Shown here: positions 49,838 to 64,000 of the stretch, one piece after another | Layout: each line of letters starts with the position of its first letter | Numbering within the stretch: the first letter of the stretch is position 1 | NCBI GenBank assembly: GCA_013265495.1 | Contig: MU058418.1 | Coordinates: 124,001-188,000, forward strand | Length of the DNA: 64,000 nt | Origin: Vicugna vicugna | Taxonomy: Eukaryota | Reading direction: 5' to 3' | Program-made: the position numbers and the translations under genes | Notes under the pieces: generated by a model | Seen by the model: the letters and a program-made list of their open reading frames with translations, nothing else | Told to the model about the DNA's origin: nothing | The model's database searches: none

Positions 49838-52800
49838 GTGAGATATTATGACAGCCAGATGTTTGTGTCTGTTGCTTTGCCAGTACTCAGTTAATGCCTC
49901 CCCCAGTTTCCCCTCAGGCTCCTTCCTTGGGGTGTCAGTGGCTCCTCGAGTAGGTCTGCCTTCCCCTCTAAGGTCTCCCTCAGGCCTGGTCACATAGTGA
50001 GCATCACCAGCCAGCTTCAGTCACACAGACCACTTGCTCTTTGCAGCCGTAATGACTGAGACAAATCTTCCCCTTTTTCTTTAAAATTTTAAGATAAGCC
50101 ACTATCAGAACTGGCAAAAATCTATTAATTAAACCAATAAATCATTGATGGTAGCCCCTATGAAATCATAATAAGTCAGGCTAAAAAGAAACATTTGATT
50201 CACGTAGAGGTTTCTTTGGCCAGCTGTGACCTGAGCAGATGTGTAATGCTGTCCTGCTCAGCAGTGCCTGCTGGATACACTGCTCTGTGTGCAGGGCAGC
50301 TACCAAAAAGAAGGTTCCATATCTCCTCATAGCTCTGTATCAACACTATTGTTAAGTGAAAGAAGTCACTCATAAGTGTTATAAGAAAATGTATTTCTAG
50401 TATTTGGTTGTGTTACAATAAATCATATATATATTTTAAAAATATATGTTTTAATAAAAATAAATCTTATACATCTAGAATTAAAATGTTAATAATACTA
50501 ATATTTATTGAGTGGGGCATTGTGGGTTGTATTTTCTTCATGCATTTTATTTTCTGAATTTTTTACGAGTTATTGGAAAAAACAATAACGATAGTAAAAG
50601 TTAATAAATTTTATAAAGTATATGATAGAGACCCTTCAAAAAGACATAGACCTATGAGACACTGGCAGACATAATGTCTTAGTGTCCAGAGAACATGTGT
50701 TCTAGGGAAGTTAGACACTTTTTTTTAATAATAGCTATTTTTTTTAATTAGGTTATAGTAGACACTTTTGTAGATTGTTTTTATTATAGCTTCTCTTATA
50801 TTTCAAAACACCCCTGAGGTTGGAGGACCTGAGCTGCATCCTGTTGCCCTGGGATGGGGGAGGGTGTGAGCCACCGGCCGTGGACCTGGGTGAGCACTGA
50901 GGCTGTCTTCAGAATCCTTGCTCCCTGGGCTCAGGATGGTTCTTGCAGCTAAGGGGAAACTAGGGGGTACTCCCCAGGACTTGTTTTGGCTTGGCTGCCA
51001 AATCACAAGCCCACATCCCTCTGATGGCAACTGACCTGCTGGATTCAGGCTGCAGGTGTCAGTCCTTCCTTGGTGAGATGTGCATCTGGAGATCAGGTCC
51101 TTCTTGTCCCTTAATTGCTGTTTCCTGCTTGTAGCCCAGCCCCCCTCCTCGCCAGCTGCAGCATTCCAAAGACAAGACCTGTTCTTGGTGCAAGATGCCT
51201 CTGTGCCAGGGCCTCATTTACAGACACCACAAGTCTATTTTTCTCCCTCTGCTCTGAGATTGTTAACTACAGCCTAATTGCTGCTTCTTCATTCTGCCTT
51301 GGGTGTTCTGTTGTCTTGGCTGCCTTCCAGATTTCTCCTGAGGGTCAGCAAAGGAAGGGGCCAGTATTAACACTCGGCTGCCTTGTTACTAGGAGGCCTG
51401 GTAGCCATAGTAACTGCAGCTAAGGGGAGATTGGAAATGTAGATATTTGGAACAGTCCCTAATTCCAGCCAGTTTCACTTTGTGTCTACTGTGCCATCTC
51501 CCACAGTAGAAAGGACAGGGCCTTGCAGGGACTAAAGGACACTTCCCCTTCTGTGGCCTGCTCCGTGGACCTGTGTGTGGCTGCTGGTCCTGAGGGTCCA
51601 GCTCTTGTCTGATGCTGCAACTCCAACCCTGGCTGCCTACAGCTGAGCAGATCTTTCCTGTGAGCTGCAAACCAGGTGGGGCCCAGAGTGCAGTAGGAGC
51701 TGGGTAACTGTTGACTTAAATAGAGGGTGTGTGGATCCCAAGTGTAGGGGGTGAAGCCTTCCTAAGCTCACCTCTTCCTGGGATTGGCTGGGTAAAGGAG
51801 AAACATTCCTGTCCTATTCTCTGCCCTAGAAGTAACCACCTAAACTGTCCACACTTCTCGGAAGGGGCAGACATCACGTGTGGTATATCTATGAAAGGAT
51901 ACACAGGGGTTGCCTTTTCTCAGTGTATCCTTTTGTACTTTTACATTTTGTTTCATGTGCATATATTACTTGTTAAAAAGTGAATTTTAATGACAGAGTT
52001 ATGCCAAAAAAGATGAAGCAGAGTTCCCAAGTGTCGTATTTCTGGACATTGATTTTAAATGTCTACATAAGGCCAAATGGTCTTTTGTTTTTTTTAACTG
52101 AACCCAGCAGAAATATAGGAGGACAGACCTTGCCCACCCTCACCCTCTGCCCCCAGCCTGGATGATGCCCGGTTCAGCCTATCTTTCAAACCCAAGAGGA
52201 GAAGCAGTCTTCATGCCTGGTGGTGGTGTGACCTTGTCTGCTCAGCCCAGAGGGGAGAAAGTTAATGGTGTAAAATCAGCCCCTGTGTGAGTTTTACATC
52301 CGGCTGCCCGGACTGACCAGTGTGGTGTTGTAGTGAGCAGGTGTGCATTCCCACGTTGTAGACTGAGTACTGCGCCTGCTGAGTGGGTGGCTTGCCCTAG
52401 TGAGGTATAGATGTTCCAATAGTATGAAGTTGTGACTGCCTCAGAGAGCATTCATTGGAAAATAAGGTAAATTTAAGCATTTACACCATGCTCCTTAAAC
52501 AGAAGTCTTCTAGTAGGCTTTTAAACGGGCACACATGGGGTTCCATCCATCCATGTCCTTATGTCCCGTCTCTTTGCCCCTGCAGCCTCCCCCCAACCCC
52601 CAGCTTGGAAGCCGTGGTGAGTGGTCTGAGACAGTCTCTGGCATCCTGGCTGGTGTTCTCACAAAAGAAGCATATGGCATCTGAGTCAGTTTAGCCCCTT
52701 CCTGAGTTGCTGGGCAGATCCCCTGGCATCCTGAGTTGCCAGGGCTAGGTGTCTGTCGTGGGCAACTCCCGGGCAGCACTGACATGACCGCCCCAGAGCA

Positions 52801-53499
52801 TGCCCTGCACTCATTCAACCCAAAGCTCCCACCTGGGCAAGAATGGGTTTGCCCTCAGCCCATCGAGTTAGCATTCATCTCGACCCTCTTTTCTGTGCCA
52901 TTCCATCCTTGTGCGTTGAGTCCTGGCTCTTCCTGATGATGGGGCCAGCCAGTGTAGGAAATTACTTCCATTTCTTTAAAAGATACAGCTGACTGCTGTT
53001 CCACTGTTAGTAATTTCCGGCAAATTATGCCCAGTCCCCAATTATGTAACTCATTCAGGTTGAAATCAATGAAAATGTTACACTGAAAATTGTCATCTTG
53101 GTGCATGTAGCAATTACTTTGCACACACTCTCTAAGACTGTGCCCTCCTTTGTCTTGTACGGTTGTTACCAAAATAAATGCTTCCATTCAGGCGTTGCCT
53201 TAAATCATGAAGTAGAGGTGAATATGGGAGCCCCCCAACACAGGGACCATCCACAAGCACCCGGTTGTCTCAGTCTGAAGGAGGGGCACTGTTCCATATG
53301 GAGTCACATGGGTCTGAGGGGCCTTCTCAGAGAGGGGAGCCTTTTACCTCTCAGAGTCACTAGGGATACATGACTGTTAATGGAGGAGCCACCTGCCCCC
53401 GGGGTGATGGCCACCTAGTGAAATCTCAAAGCGGGGATGTTTGTATTGGCCTGCATTTCCCAAAATGTAATGATGGCTCAGTTTTCTTTCAATTTTCAG

Positions 53500-53679
53500 G
53501 TGAAAGTTGGAGATACATTGGATCTTCTAATTGGGGAGGATAAAGAAGCAGAAACAGAGACAGTGATGCGGATTCTCCTGAAAAAAGTGTTTGAAGAGAA
53601 GACTGGCAGTGAGAAATACAGAGTGGTGTTAAGACGGTGGAAAACGTTAAAATTGCCTAAAAAAAGTATGCTCAAATAA
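53500..53679 (+). CDS. MTRES1: MTRES1 last coding exon (VKVGDTLDLLIGED...LKLPKKSMLK*)
   Basis: Acceptor ttttcag|GTG, phase 0. The exons sum to 470+73+180=723 nt, i.e. 240 aa plus stop. Confidence 0.95.
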   Translation: MKVGDTLDLLIGEDKEAETETVMRILLKKVFEEKTGSEKYRVVLRRWKTLKLPKKSMLK

Positions 53680-53748
53680 ATGGATTGCTTTTTAGCGATA
53701 AAGCTGCTTTCTAGTAGCGTGGGACAGGGCCAGGTTAAGGGCATTTTT

Positions 53749-53759
53749 ATTAAAATAAA
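53749..53759 (+). terminator. MTRES1: Candidate MTRES1 polyadenylation signal (overlapping ATTAAA/AATAAA)
   Basis: ATTAAAATAAA ~70 nt after the stop codon, followed by a GT-rich stretch (tttgtggcgtctg). Confidence 0.55.
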
Positions 53760-54269
53760 ATTCTCCTATCATTTGTGGCGTCTGCCGAGCCATTTTGTGG
53801 AAGTTGAGATTCGTATCTTGGAGACACTTCCTGTGGCCTGGATTTCCCTCTGGGGCTTCATTTATGCGCGTTTTGACCTGAGCACGAGTGAGATACGTGC
53901 TGAATGAACTAAGCCCAGAGAGGGTTTTCATGACCAGCCTGCTGTTTCCCACATTAACTTCCTCAGGAGGCAGTGTGAGATAAACTGGCCTTGTTGTTAG
54001 TGTCTTTTTCAATCCTATCCTTGTTGGCCAGCTTCCTTGGGTTCAGGCTTCTTAAGGCAAAACCAGGCTAAGTCAAGGTCTTCATCTTAGGGGAGCAGCA
54101 CTGGGAGACCCCTTTCTCCACTGGCCTTTCTGAATTACCAGCATGTTGGCCTTAGTTCCCTTCGGTTTGTCTCCAGGAGTCAGGATAGTAAAGTTGTTCC
54201 AACTAATTCCAAATGGGCTAGTTAATTTTAAAATTAATTGTTTTGGGCATGGGGTTGATAGACTAAGGC

Positions 54270-54430
54270 AGCTGGAGGCCTTTTGTATGGCAGACAAAAA
54301 TGGTTTTTACATTTTTAAAAGGTTGTTTAAAATAAAAGGGAAAGGAATATATGACAGAGACCTCACGTGGCCCAAGGAGCCTCAAATATTTATACCAACC
54401 CTTTACAGGAGGAATGTGATTGACCCTCCT
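54270..54430. mobile_element. MER58-like hAT fragment
   Basis: TGGTTTTTACATTTTTAAAAGGTTG...GTGGCCCAAGGAGCCTCAAATATTTA. Confidence 0.6.
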
Positions 54431-55771
54431 CGGTTTAAGCTGAGGGTCTACTTTTCAGGTGAAAGTAGAAAATACACAGATTTTATCAACAAAGAGAAGA
54501 ATCAGAGACTAATTATTCTAATTCTCAAGACAGTGTTTTACAAAGGACTGAAAAAATAGAGCGTAACAGAGGAAACACACCTTTAATACACGTCATCTAA
54601 GAAAAGGGTAGCAGGGTACCTGCATAAATAAGTTGCAGAGTCCCTGCAGCTGTTTGCTGGCACTGGCAGGGTCCGCTCAGATAGGAGGCTTACTAGGTTG
54701 AGTCATGTCAAAAAGACTGGCTGTGTCTTGGTCCTTTGATTTGTCCTCCAGGAATTCTCAAGAATTCAGGTTAACTGACAGAGAAGGGAAACTTCTGTAG
54801 CTCAGTGCAGTGAGATGTTTGGGCCCTTGAGTCTGGAATTCTTTTACCAGCTCAGATTTCAGAAGACTCTGAAAAGTTGATTTTTATTTGAAAGCTTAAA
54901 TAAGCTCTCAGGAAGAAATAATATATACTGTGCAGTGTAACAGAAGGAATTTTTCTGTTTTACCACTTGTTAAGTAGGCTTTTTCATCAGTAAAACTAGT
55001 ACAATTAATTTCAACATAAACTCACTTAGTTATGAGTTATAATTTAGGAGATTATAGTAATGACTATGCCTTTTCTCATCCTTCACCTTTCTGTGCCTTT
55101 CTCCCCCTCCTTCCCTCCACCTTCTCTCCCCTCTCTTCTCTTCACTGTTCTTTGGAAAGTAACAGAAAGCCAGGGAAGTCTTGGCTGGTGACGGGTAGTG
55201 TGATCTAGTGATGTGTCAGGGTCCTGGTGTTTAGGCTCAGTCTTGCCCCTAGCAAGTTGGGTCACCTTGGTTGTAGTTTGGCCTTAATCCCTCTGAGCTT
55301 CAGCTTCCTCACTGGTCAGAAAGGGATCAGGATACTAATTTCCTTACCTTGTTGAGTCTTTGAAAGAGGAAGAAAGTTAAAATGTGTGAGGCATGATGGG
55401 TTGGTAGTAGCTAGAAAGCAGGAAGGGCCACTTGAAAGGCTTTTGGAAGCTCTACTGGTAATAACTTAACTGGTTGGGTTTGACCTATTCCAGGCTTCTC
55501 TCTTTAAAAATGAAACTAAGAAGACGTCTGATGGTAGAGAATGTTGGTCATAGCATGTGGCAAAAACTGATCTCATAGTTGTCCACAGTGCAAGGGACTT
55601 GGAGCATATTTGTGAAACAGCAGAAGCAAAAGTGGTTCATAAAGATTTATGGAACTCTCGCAGCTCATTCATTGCTACAGCTGCTTTATAATGCCATCCT
55701 GGCAAGGCCTCCTCCGTGGCAATGTGATCAACATGATGAAAAGATTAAAGAAAAGATTTGGATATTTCTAA

Positions 55772-55985
55772 TGCAGTGGTTGTTAACTGGGTGTGATTTT
55801 TGCCCCCCCTGGGGACATATGGCAATATTTGGAGATATTTTTGTAACAACTGAGGGGGTGGGATGGGCATCAAGTGGGTAGAGACCAGTGATGCTGTTAA
55901 ATGTCCTACAGTGTACAGACAGTCCCCACAACAAATAATGATCAGACCTAAAATGTCAGTGGTGTTGAGGCTGAGACACTTGCTC
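55772..55985. mobile_element. MER20-like hAT element
   Basis: CAGTGGTT...GATTTTTGCCCCCCTGGGGACAT...GGCATCAAGTGGGTAGAG...GAGGCTGAGA. Confidence 0.75.
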
Positions 55986-56034
55986 TACTGGGATGACAGG
56001 GAAGAAAAATTTTTTCAGTAGGTCTTGCTCTCAC

Positions 56035-58130
56035 AGCAATCGGACAAGAAAAAGAAATACAAGGTATCCAAATAGGAAGGGAAGAGGTAAAATTACCATT
56101 ATGTGTAGATGACATGATATTCTATATAGAAAACACTAAAGACTGCATACAAAAACTATTAAAACTGCTAAGTGAATTCAGCGAAGCAGCAGGTTACAAG
56201 ATTAACATACAAAAATCTGTTGCATTTCTTCACGCTAACAATGACATATCAGAAAGAGAAAGTAAAAAACAATCCCATTTAAAATTGCATTAAAAAATAC
56301 CTAGGAATAAACCTACCCAAAGAGGTCAAAGACTTAAATGGTGAGAACTATGACACTGATAAAGGAAACTGAAGATTATTCAAGGAATGGAAAGAAACCC
56401 ATTCTCTTGGACTAGAAGAATTAATATTGTTAAAATGGCTATACTACCCAAAGCAATCTATAGATTTAATGCAATCCTCATCAAATTGCCCATGACATTT
56501 TTTTTAGAATTAGAACAAATAATCCTAAAATTTATGTGGAGTCAGTCACAAAAGACCCAGAATTGCCAAAGCAATACTGAGGAAAAGCAACAAAGCTGGA
56601 GGCATAACCCTTCCAGACTTCAGACAGTACTACAAAGCTACATTAATCAAAATAGCATGGCACAAAAACAGACATATAGATCAGTGGAACTGAATAGCCC
56701 AGAAATAAACCCACTCACCTATGGTCAATTAATCTATGACAAAGGAGGCAAGAATATTCAATGGAGAAAAGACAGTCTCTTCAGCAAGTGGTGTTGGGAA
56801 AGCTGGACAGCTGCATGTAATCAATAAAGTTAGAACATTCCCTCACACTGTACACAAAAATAAAATGGATTAAAGACTTAAATATAAGACATGACACCAT
56901 AAAACTAGAAGAGGACATAGAGAAAACATTTTCTGACATAAATTATAGCAATATTTTCTTAGATCAGTCTCCCAAGGCAAAAGAAAGAAAAGCAAAAATA
57001 AATGGGATATAATTAAACTTGAAAGTTTTTGCACAGCAAAGGAGACTATAAACAAAATGAAAAGAAAATCTATGGCCTGGGAGAAAATATTTGCAAATGA
57101 TGCAGCCGACAAGGGCTTCATTTCCAAAATATACAAACAGCTCATACAGATCAATATGAAAAAAAAGCCCAATCAAAAAATGGGCAGAAGACCTAAACAC
57201 ATGTTTCTCCAAAGAAGACACACAGATGGCAAACAGGCACATGAAAAGATGCTCAACATCACTAACTATTAGAGAAATGCAAATCAAAACTGCAGTGAAG
57301 TATCACCTCACACTGATCAGAATGGCCATTAGCAAAAAGTCTACAAAATTAATGCTAGGGAGGATGTGGAGAAAAGGGAACCCTCCTACACTGTTGGTGG
57401 AAATGTAATTTGGTGCAGACACTATGCAAAACAGTATGGAGGTCCCCTAACAAACTAAAAATAAGATCCAGCAATCCCACTCCTGGGTATACATCCAGAA
57501 AAAATAAAAGCTCTAATTCAAAAAGATGTGTGCCTCAATGTTCATAGCAGCACTGTTTACAATAGCCAACACATGGAAGCAACCTAAATGTCCATTGATA
57601 GATGATTGGATAAAGAAAATGTATATATACAATGGAATACTACTCAGCCACAAAAAGAATCTGATAATGTCATTTGTAGCAACATGGATGGACCTAGAGA
57701 TTATCATACTAAGTGAAGTCAAAGATAAATATTATATGATATCATTTTACATATGGAATTTTTCTAAAATAATATAAATAAACTTATTTACAAAACAGAC
57801 TCACAGACACAGAAAACAAACTTATGGTTACCAAAGGGGAAGCAGGGGGAGGGATAAATTAGGTGTTTAGGATTAACAGATACACACTACTATATATAAA
57901 ATGGATAAAAAAACAAGGACCTACTGTATAGCACAGGGGATTATATTCAAGATCTTGTAATAACTTCTAACGGAAAAAAATCTGAAAAAGCATATATACA
58001 CACACTGAGTAATATACTGAGAAAGTATATATAAACATATATATATGTCCGAATTAATTTTTGTACACCTGAAACTAACACAGTATTGTAAATTAACTAT
58101 AGTTCAATTTAAAAAAAATAATAAAAAATT
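56035..58130 (+). mobile_element. L1 fragment ~2.1 kb (degraded ORF2 RT/C-terminus plus 3'UTR)
   Basis: RINIVKMAILPKAIYRFNAI, YGQLIYDKGGKNIQWRKDSLFSKWCWE and [18 protein letters not shown] are L1 ORF2 motifs, broken by frameshifts. Confidence 0.95.
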
Positions 58131-61100
58131 GAAAATAGGTTTGGCTTTCCAAGGAAAGCTTGAAAATGCTTCTAGCATATGTTTGCAGTTTTTTAAGGCT
58201 AAACAATTTCAAGTTATGACTATTTTTGTAGAGGCCTCTACCGTTTTTATCAGTAATGGTTAATCCTTTCAAAGAAATAGCTCTCCTCTGGGAAATATGA
58301 TGCTAATTGCATTTGTCTGCCAAATAGCATTTACCATCTTTCATGGAAAATTATATAGATGGCTAGACAAGTTTCATTACTGTAGCATTTTCGGGAGAAA
58401 TGTAGACATTTGGGGGAAAATTCTTAAGTCATAGTTTATTTGGTCAGTAATGATTGGGGGGATAGAAACATAACTACCATTTTTCAAGAAAGTTAAAAAA
58501 ACAGACTTCCTTTGGGGTGGTGGTGTATGTTCTATGAACCTTCTTAAAGGGTGTGCACTGTATACGAGGCAAATAAAAAGACACTGTGGAAGTCCTGCTT
58601 TATCCTCTATTCTGGCTTTCAAAAAGTTACTGTCTGAATTACCAGTCAGCTTACTGTCTCAAGGAATTATGAACTCCACTGAGCAGACTCCAGAGAGCAA
58701 AATGTGAGTGGCTCCCAGTGGCTTTCAGTGAGTCACGTGGATAACTTGAACCCAGCCATGGAAGGAGGATTTTCACCTTGGAAATGAGCAACCACCATCA
58801 ATCTGGATTGATTTTTCCCTTGGAAAACCGGTTGTTACACAGTTACCAGCACACCATCAGGTGGAATGGAGATGCACACCCACAAGAGCTCCCACTGGGA
58901 GATGCCTGAGCACCAGTACCCACCCTCCAGTTCTTCTTTCAAGATATTTCTTCTCTTCCTTATTCGCACACATTTCCATACGTCCTCCTCCCTTACTTTA
59001 GTCATTCTAATGTGTTTAATGTGTATCTTTTTGTTTTTAATGCATTTTTGGAAAATGTGTTTTGCTATTCTCTGCACATGTATTTAAATCTCATACATTT
59101 CATTTTGTAGCTTACTTTTTCCACTCAGATCCATCCATGGCACTAGGGGTACACATAATCCATTGCTTCTCACTACTACATAATAAATATCGAAGTGCAG
59201 CCACCATACGCTGCTCATCCACGCTCCCAGTGATATTCTCCCAGGCTCCATCCAACTCCCCTCCCTGCAAAAAACACAGTGCTGCTTCCTCTCCAGAATA
59301 GCTGCACAGGCTGCCCTTCCATCAGCAATACCCAAAGTGCCTTAGACCCATGGCTTTACCCAGTTCCTGGCAAGACTCAGCTTCCTAATTTTTGCCAGTT
59401 TAATATGAGTGTAGAGAGATAGTTACTTTAAACATACACTCTCCCCACAGCCTGCTGCTTCTGCCTTTTGGCAGCTGCTAGTGCCCAATCCGTGCTTAGA
59501 ATTTCTCTGAAGGCTCTGAAATTGCATGCAGCTTTTTGAGACCGTTGCTCTCCCATTCATCTCAAAGACATGCTTGCTGGCCCTCTTTTGTTTTACATTT
59601 TTTTGTTCTTTATCCGGTAACAGACCAGAAGCAGGATATCAAAAGCAGGATGGTGGAAATCTACAGTTTTGCAAGGTCCTAAGGGCATGGATCACTCACA
59701 ATGCACTTCTGGATTCCTTTGTAGAGATGTCAACTGCACCCCAGGGGCCTTCCATCCCGGGACTTTATTCTTAAAGCTGGAGAGACCTTCCCCACGGCAG
59801 ATAAGTTAAACCCTGAAGACTGTAGTCAGGGTAGGACAGCAAGTGTCTAAAGCGGGCAATTCTGTTTAATGGTCTGGAGCCCCACTCAGAGGGGCTGCTA
59901 CAGAATGTGTAGAGACTTTTCCTCAGGATTGTAGGGGAAATCCCTTAACTCTTGTTTCTGAGACAGATAAATGAAAGGTGAAGCTATAATAACAACCAAC
60001 ACTTTGGAGTCAAGCAATCAGTATTAATAACCTGACGACAAGGCAGCCATCACTACCGTGGAGCCTAACATATGCTGAAAAATAAGCCTTGTCTGTCATT
60101 CCTGGAACTGTGCCTGTGCTGAGATTTCAGCCTGTCAGATACAAGGAGGAGACTTGGGTTTAACACCTTGTGTCAGAAACAGCAGGAAACCAGCAACTGT
60201 GTTTCAGCCTGTCAGAGGCAGGAGAGTCCAGAACCTGCATTCCCGCAGGTGCGCCTCAGGCCAGAGCCCGGCCCTGTCCACCTGCCATGGCCTCAGCTGT
60301 CTGTACCAGGGAGGAGCCACGGTTCTCAGTCTGCGTACACTGTGTGCATCTTGAAAATCAATTTAAGGCAAGAAGCATCAGTTTTTGTGCTGTTTACCAT
60401 CAGGGCCTTCTCTCTAAGCTCAAACAGGCTTCTTACCTACCAACTAATGAGGCTGGGACTCGTTAAAATCATGGAACAGTGCCCAGGAGATAGCAGGTAT
60501 TACAAATATTTTTGCTGAATGAAAAACTTCCTTTAGAGGCAGAGATGGTTCTTACTGCATTCCTTGTGCTATTTCCTGTGGCACTGAAAGGTTTCCTGAG
60601 TCAGATACTCTCACTGGGGTGGATCCAAAAGCTCAGAGACTGTGGACAGTCAGCAGAGCCTCAAGTTAAGTGGCAGGGGACCACTAGGCAGACAGACAAA
60701 GAGACTGACTGCACAGCTACGCAATGGCAGCGTGGAAACCAAGAGCACAAACTCTGGAGTCAGCTTGGCCATCACCAGAGGCCCCCAGCTCTTCCAGCTG
60801 TATCACTGTGACCGAGGTACTTAATCTCTGGAAGCACACCCCTCTGTAAAACAGGGAGTAAAAACATCTATCCCACAGGGTTTCTGTGAGGAACAAATGA
60901 AATAACGCATGCCACATCCCTAGCACATTCCTGACCCATCATAGGAGCTCAGAAAATGGGAGCACTTATGAAAAACAGAAGTCCCTGTAATTTAGGGCCC
61001 CACTGTCACTTCTGAATACACAGCTGTTACACACAGGAGCCTCTAGAAGGAGGAGCTGTGGCATTCCGTGTTCTCAACTTCTGTCAAGGGCACAGTTCAC

Positions 61101-62959
61101 CATCTGGACCACAAACTCTAGAACAAACGAATTCTTACTCCTTAAAATAAAATCAACGGACAGACTTCTCCCTGCAGAAATGTTCTGGCAAAAGCCGCCA
61201 CATTTGGCTAGTGACCCTAACACCTGATGCTCAAGCATCTGTAAACCTGCCTCTTGCCACTGACCTGAAAGCTAAGATGTAGTTTACCACCAGTTAAGAA
61301 GTCAGTTTTATTTGAATGTAACAGGAAACCGCTTATTTCAGCTCAGATCTAATAATGAGGAAGGTGGTTAGCCCCCAGATTTTGTGATTATACAATGCGT
61401 ATTTTTTGAAGTCCCTGTCATGTAGTGATTCTCAGCCTCTGAACATCAGCACCAACATCACCTGGGAACTCCTTATAAGTGCGAACTCTCAGGCCCCATC
61501 CCAGACCTACTGAATCGGAGGGTGGGGCCCTGTGACCTGGGCTAATGTGCCCTCTGGTGCTCTGCCCCTTAGTGGATGTGATGGACCCCCGCCCAGAACC
61601 CCTGCACCAGTGCTCCCCTCCTCCAACCACTGAGGAGAGCTAGCCAACCACTCACAACGGCCCTTCTGGAGCAGGGACCTTGGCCAAAGGAAGCTACCCT
61701 ACCAGGTGAGCTACCCCATCCCCCAGAGAAGACCTCAATGACCAACTGGCTCCTCTGCTTCAAACAGGACTAGTTCTGCCAAACCATTCATATTCTAGGG
61801 CTTCCCGGTGGATGGCAAGGAGGCTAAAGTGCAGAGACACACTCTTGCTCCTGGCCTTCCCTGGCCCTCTCTCCTGGGAGCAGGTCCTCAGTCAGTTGCA
61901 CAAGAATCCGTCTCAGGCTCTGCTCATGGAGAATCCCATCCAGAGCAGTTAGTTTCACAATCTCAAAAAATTTCCTCTTACTGGAACACACATGTCCACA
62001 GTTGCCACAATCATTTCACCAGGGCAATTTGAGAACCAGCACCCGCATATCTGGGATCAAACTGGGGCTTAGAGTATGTGGGTGACAGGACACCGCTGAT
62101 CTGCAATTGGTTTGGGGTCTGAGTCTCTTGAGTTCTGTGTGGCTCAGGAGGTGTTTGGCTCCTGAGACGGTGTGGTGGAGAGAAAAAAACCTGGGTTCAA
62201 ATTCTGGCACTGCAATTTGCCAGGTGTGTGAATTTAGGCAGTAAACCTTCTCTCTGCTTCCACACCACAAAACAGAGATAATGACAGCGCCCCAGACACG
62301 AAGTCTTTATGAGAATTAAACGAGATAGATAGCATACACACCCTTCAGGGTCTTAGCTTTCTTGTCTTACTAGGCTTAATTAGGGAACTTACCTCATAGG
62401 GCTTCTGAGATGATTACCAGCGACAATCCAGGTGCAGCTCTCAGCCTGCCTGGCGTACTGTAGATACTCAAGGAGTTTGGGGCCCTTACAGCGAGAGCAG
62501 ATGATCAATGTTCCTTCCTTCCCGACCACTGGCCAGGGGAGTTTAGATTTCTCTGGAAGCTCCCCTAAAGAGTCCATTGAATCTCACCATTCCAATGATC
62601 AGGATAATTTTGGTGTGGAGTTCTTATTTCTGAGAATTGGCTTTTACAAGTAAGCCCACATATATTGAAATTCTATGATTTTTTTTTCTTTTTTGGATGG
62701 GGTAGAAAGCAAAGATACCTACAACCAGAAGGGACCTGAAGAATTTCACCTTCCTTCAAGTCTTACTCAAACTCGGTCACGGAGTTACTGTTTGGAGCCC
62801 CGGCCTCTGACCTGCCCTCACCTGCACGAGGCTTAAGCACAGGTGTAAGGACTTACCACTGAGCACTCACTGCAGGAGGCGTGTTCCAATTACAAGCCAC
62901 AACTTGCTTTATAGCTCCTGACCCTTGGGTCTCCAAAATGCTTCTCTGATAGCTTGGGA

Positions 62960-64000
62960 CATTATTTTTACTGTGAAATATTATTTAATGATTTATAATT
63001 CACCAAAAAGAAGAGGTAAGAAAAAACACACAACCTTTTGTTATCAGTTAGTAGTATGTTAGCTTTGAGAACGGGGAGTGAACTGAAGCTCTGCCACTTT
63101 GGCAGTGGCGCGGGCCTGGCGCCCGCCCAGGGGAGGTAAGAGAAGGTCAGCGTGCCTCAGCGGCACAGCTGGGAAGCCGTTTGTGTAGAAACGGGCTAGG
63201 CTTTATGTGGCGACGGCTCAGTCATTCAGCTGTGACAAACTGTAATCTGGGAGCTGCTCCCCGATGCCCAGTGTGGGAGCCCAGGAGGCCGAGGTGCCCC
63301 GAGTGTCCACGCCCTCCCCTCCCCTAGGAGCTGGGAGGAGGCCGCATGCAAACACCACCAGACTCAGACGTGAGAGACCTGCCCTAGGAAAATGAGATGT
63401 TGCGAGACCATATTTTTTCTATTTTTATAACATTTTATATAACTCATAAAACAGTGCTTGTATAAAAATTCACACAAAGTTGCTAGAGAGCATACAATTT
63501 CCAAAAATGTCCTGGGTTTTTGTTACATTCAGTTTTCTAAGGATGCACTCAAATCAATGGTAAAATGCAGACATTATGCGATATTTCATTATCTTTGGTA
63601 AAACTATTCTCATTATTTTGTCTCCTCACAGTATTAACTCTGATATCCACTTTGTGCAGGGTCTGCTATCACTAGGATGTCAGAAAAACATTAAGGCTGG
63701 ATCTACACGAGGCAAGTATTTCCAAATGGCAGTAAGAGCTCCTTGCCCCCTCCCCCACCGCCCCACTTGATATCGTCTTATCTGTTTACTCAGCCAGCAG
63801 GGTAAGAGCTCAATGACCTCCAATCAGGGGTCTTGAGACCCTCCTCCTCAATCAGGCAAGAAGCAAACATGCGCGGGGAAAGGTGGACACTGAGGCCATC
63901 TCTGCAGGAACCCAAGTGGCCATTCTGCGGTGTGTCAAGCCAGCGACTCTTACCATTTAAACAGCTAATCCGTTCACCACTAAGTAGATCCCATTGGTTG
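62960..64000 (-). other. Possible 3' UTR end of BEND3
   Basis: Repeat-poor, UTR-like AT-rich blocks with minus-strand ATTAAA at 62984-62989. The name rests on recalled synteny CD24-MTRES1-BEND3 (BEND3 convergent to MTRES1). No coding sequence is visible. Confidence 0.3.

Noticed and set aside
53437..53499. N-terminal part of the 80-aa ORF-track call
   Set aside because: It is intronic. The real exon starts at the acceptor at 53500.
56387..57777. ORFs resembling a reverse-transcriptase protein
   Set aside because: Frameshifted L1 ORF2 remnants in a 5'-truncated copy, non-functional.
1..64000. CRISPR arrays, operons or prokaryotic defence systems
   Set aside because: The sequence is mammalian, and no regularly spaced repeat-spacer structure was seen.

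Overview
Mammalian (eutherian) genomic DNA, most likely a camelid, judged from the repeated ~130-150 bp tRNA-Ala-derived SINE (GGGTATAGCTCAGTGGTAGAG...CCTGGGTTCAATCCCCAG...AATAAACCTAATTACC), which resembles the camelid Vic-1 family. Two complete intron-containing genes are transcribed divergently from CpG-island promoters about 27 kb apart. CD24 lies on the minus strand (2 coding exons, 78 aa GPI-anchored mucin-like precursor, missed by the ORF track). MTRES1/C6orf203 lies on the plus strand (non-coding exon 1 plus 3 coding exons, 240 aa). The last ~1 kb may be the 3' UTR end of the syntenic neighbour BEND3 (low confidence). The rest is interspersed repeats (L1, L2, MIR, SINEs, ERVL/MaLR/ERV1 LTRs, hAT MERs), often nested. 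I found no convincing new multi-gene system. The most interesting observations are two TSD-bounded retrotransposition events carrying non-L1 DNA (an L1 3' transduction at 2.0-2.7 kb and an orphan L2-derived retrocopy inside a younger L1 next to the MTRES1 promoter), an inverted MER41-like LTR pair, an overlapping uORF at the MTRES1 start, a candidate upstream CD24 exon, and CTCF/ZNF143 motifs. Repeat family names and human comparisons are from recall and pattern recognition, not database searches.
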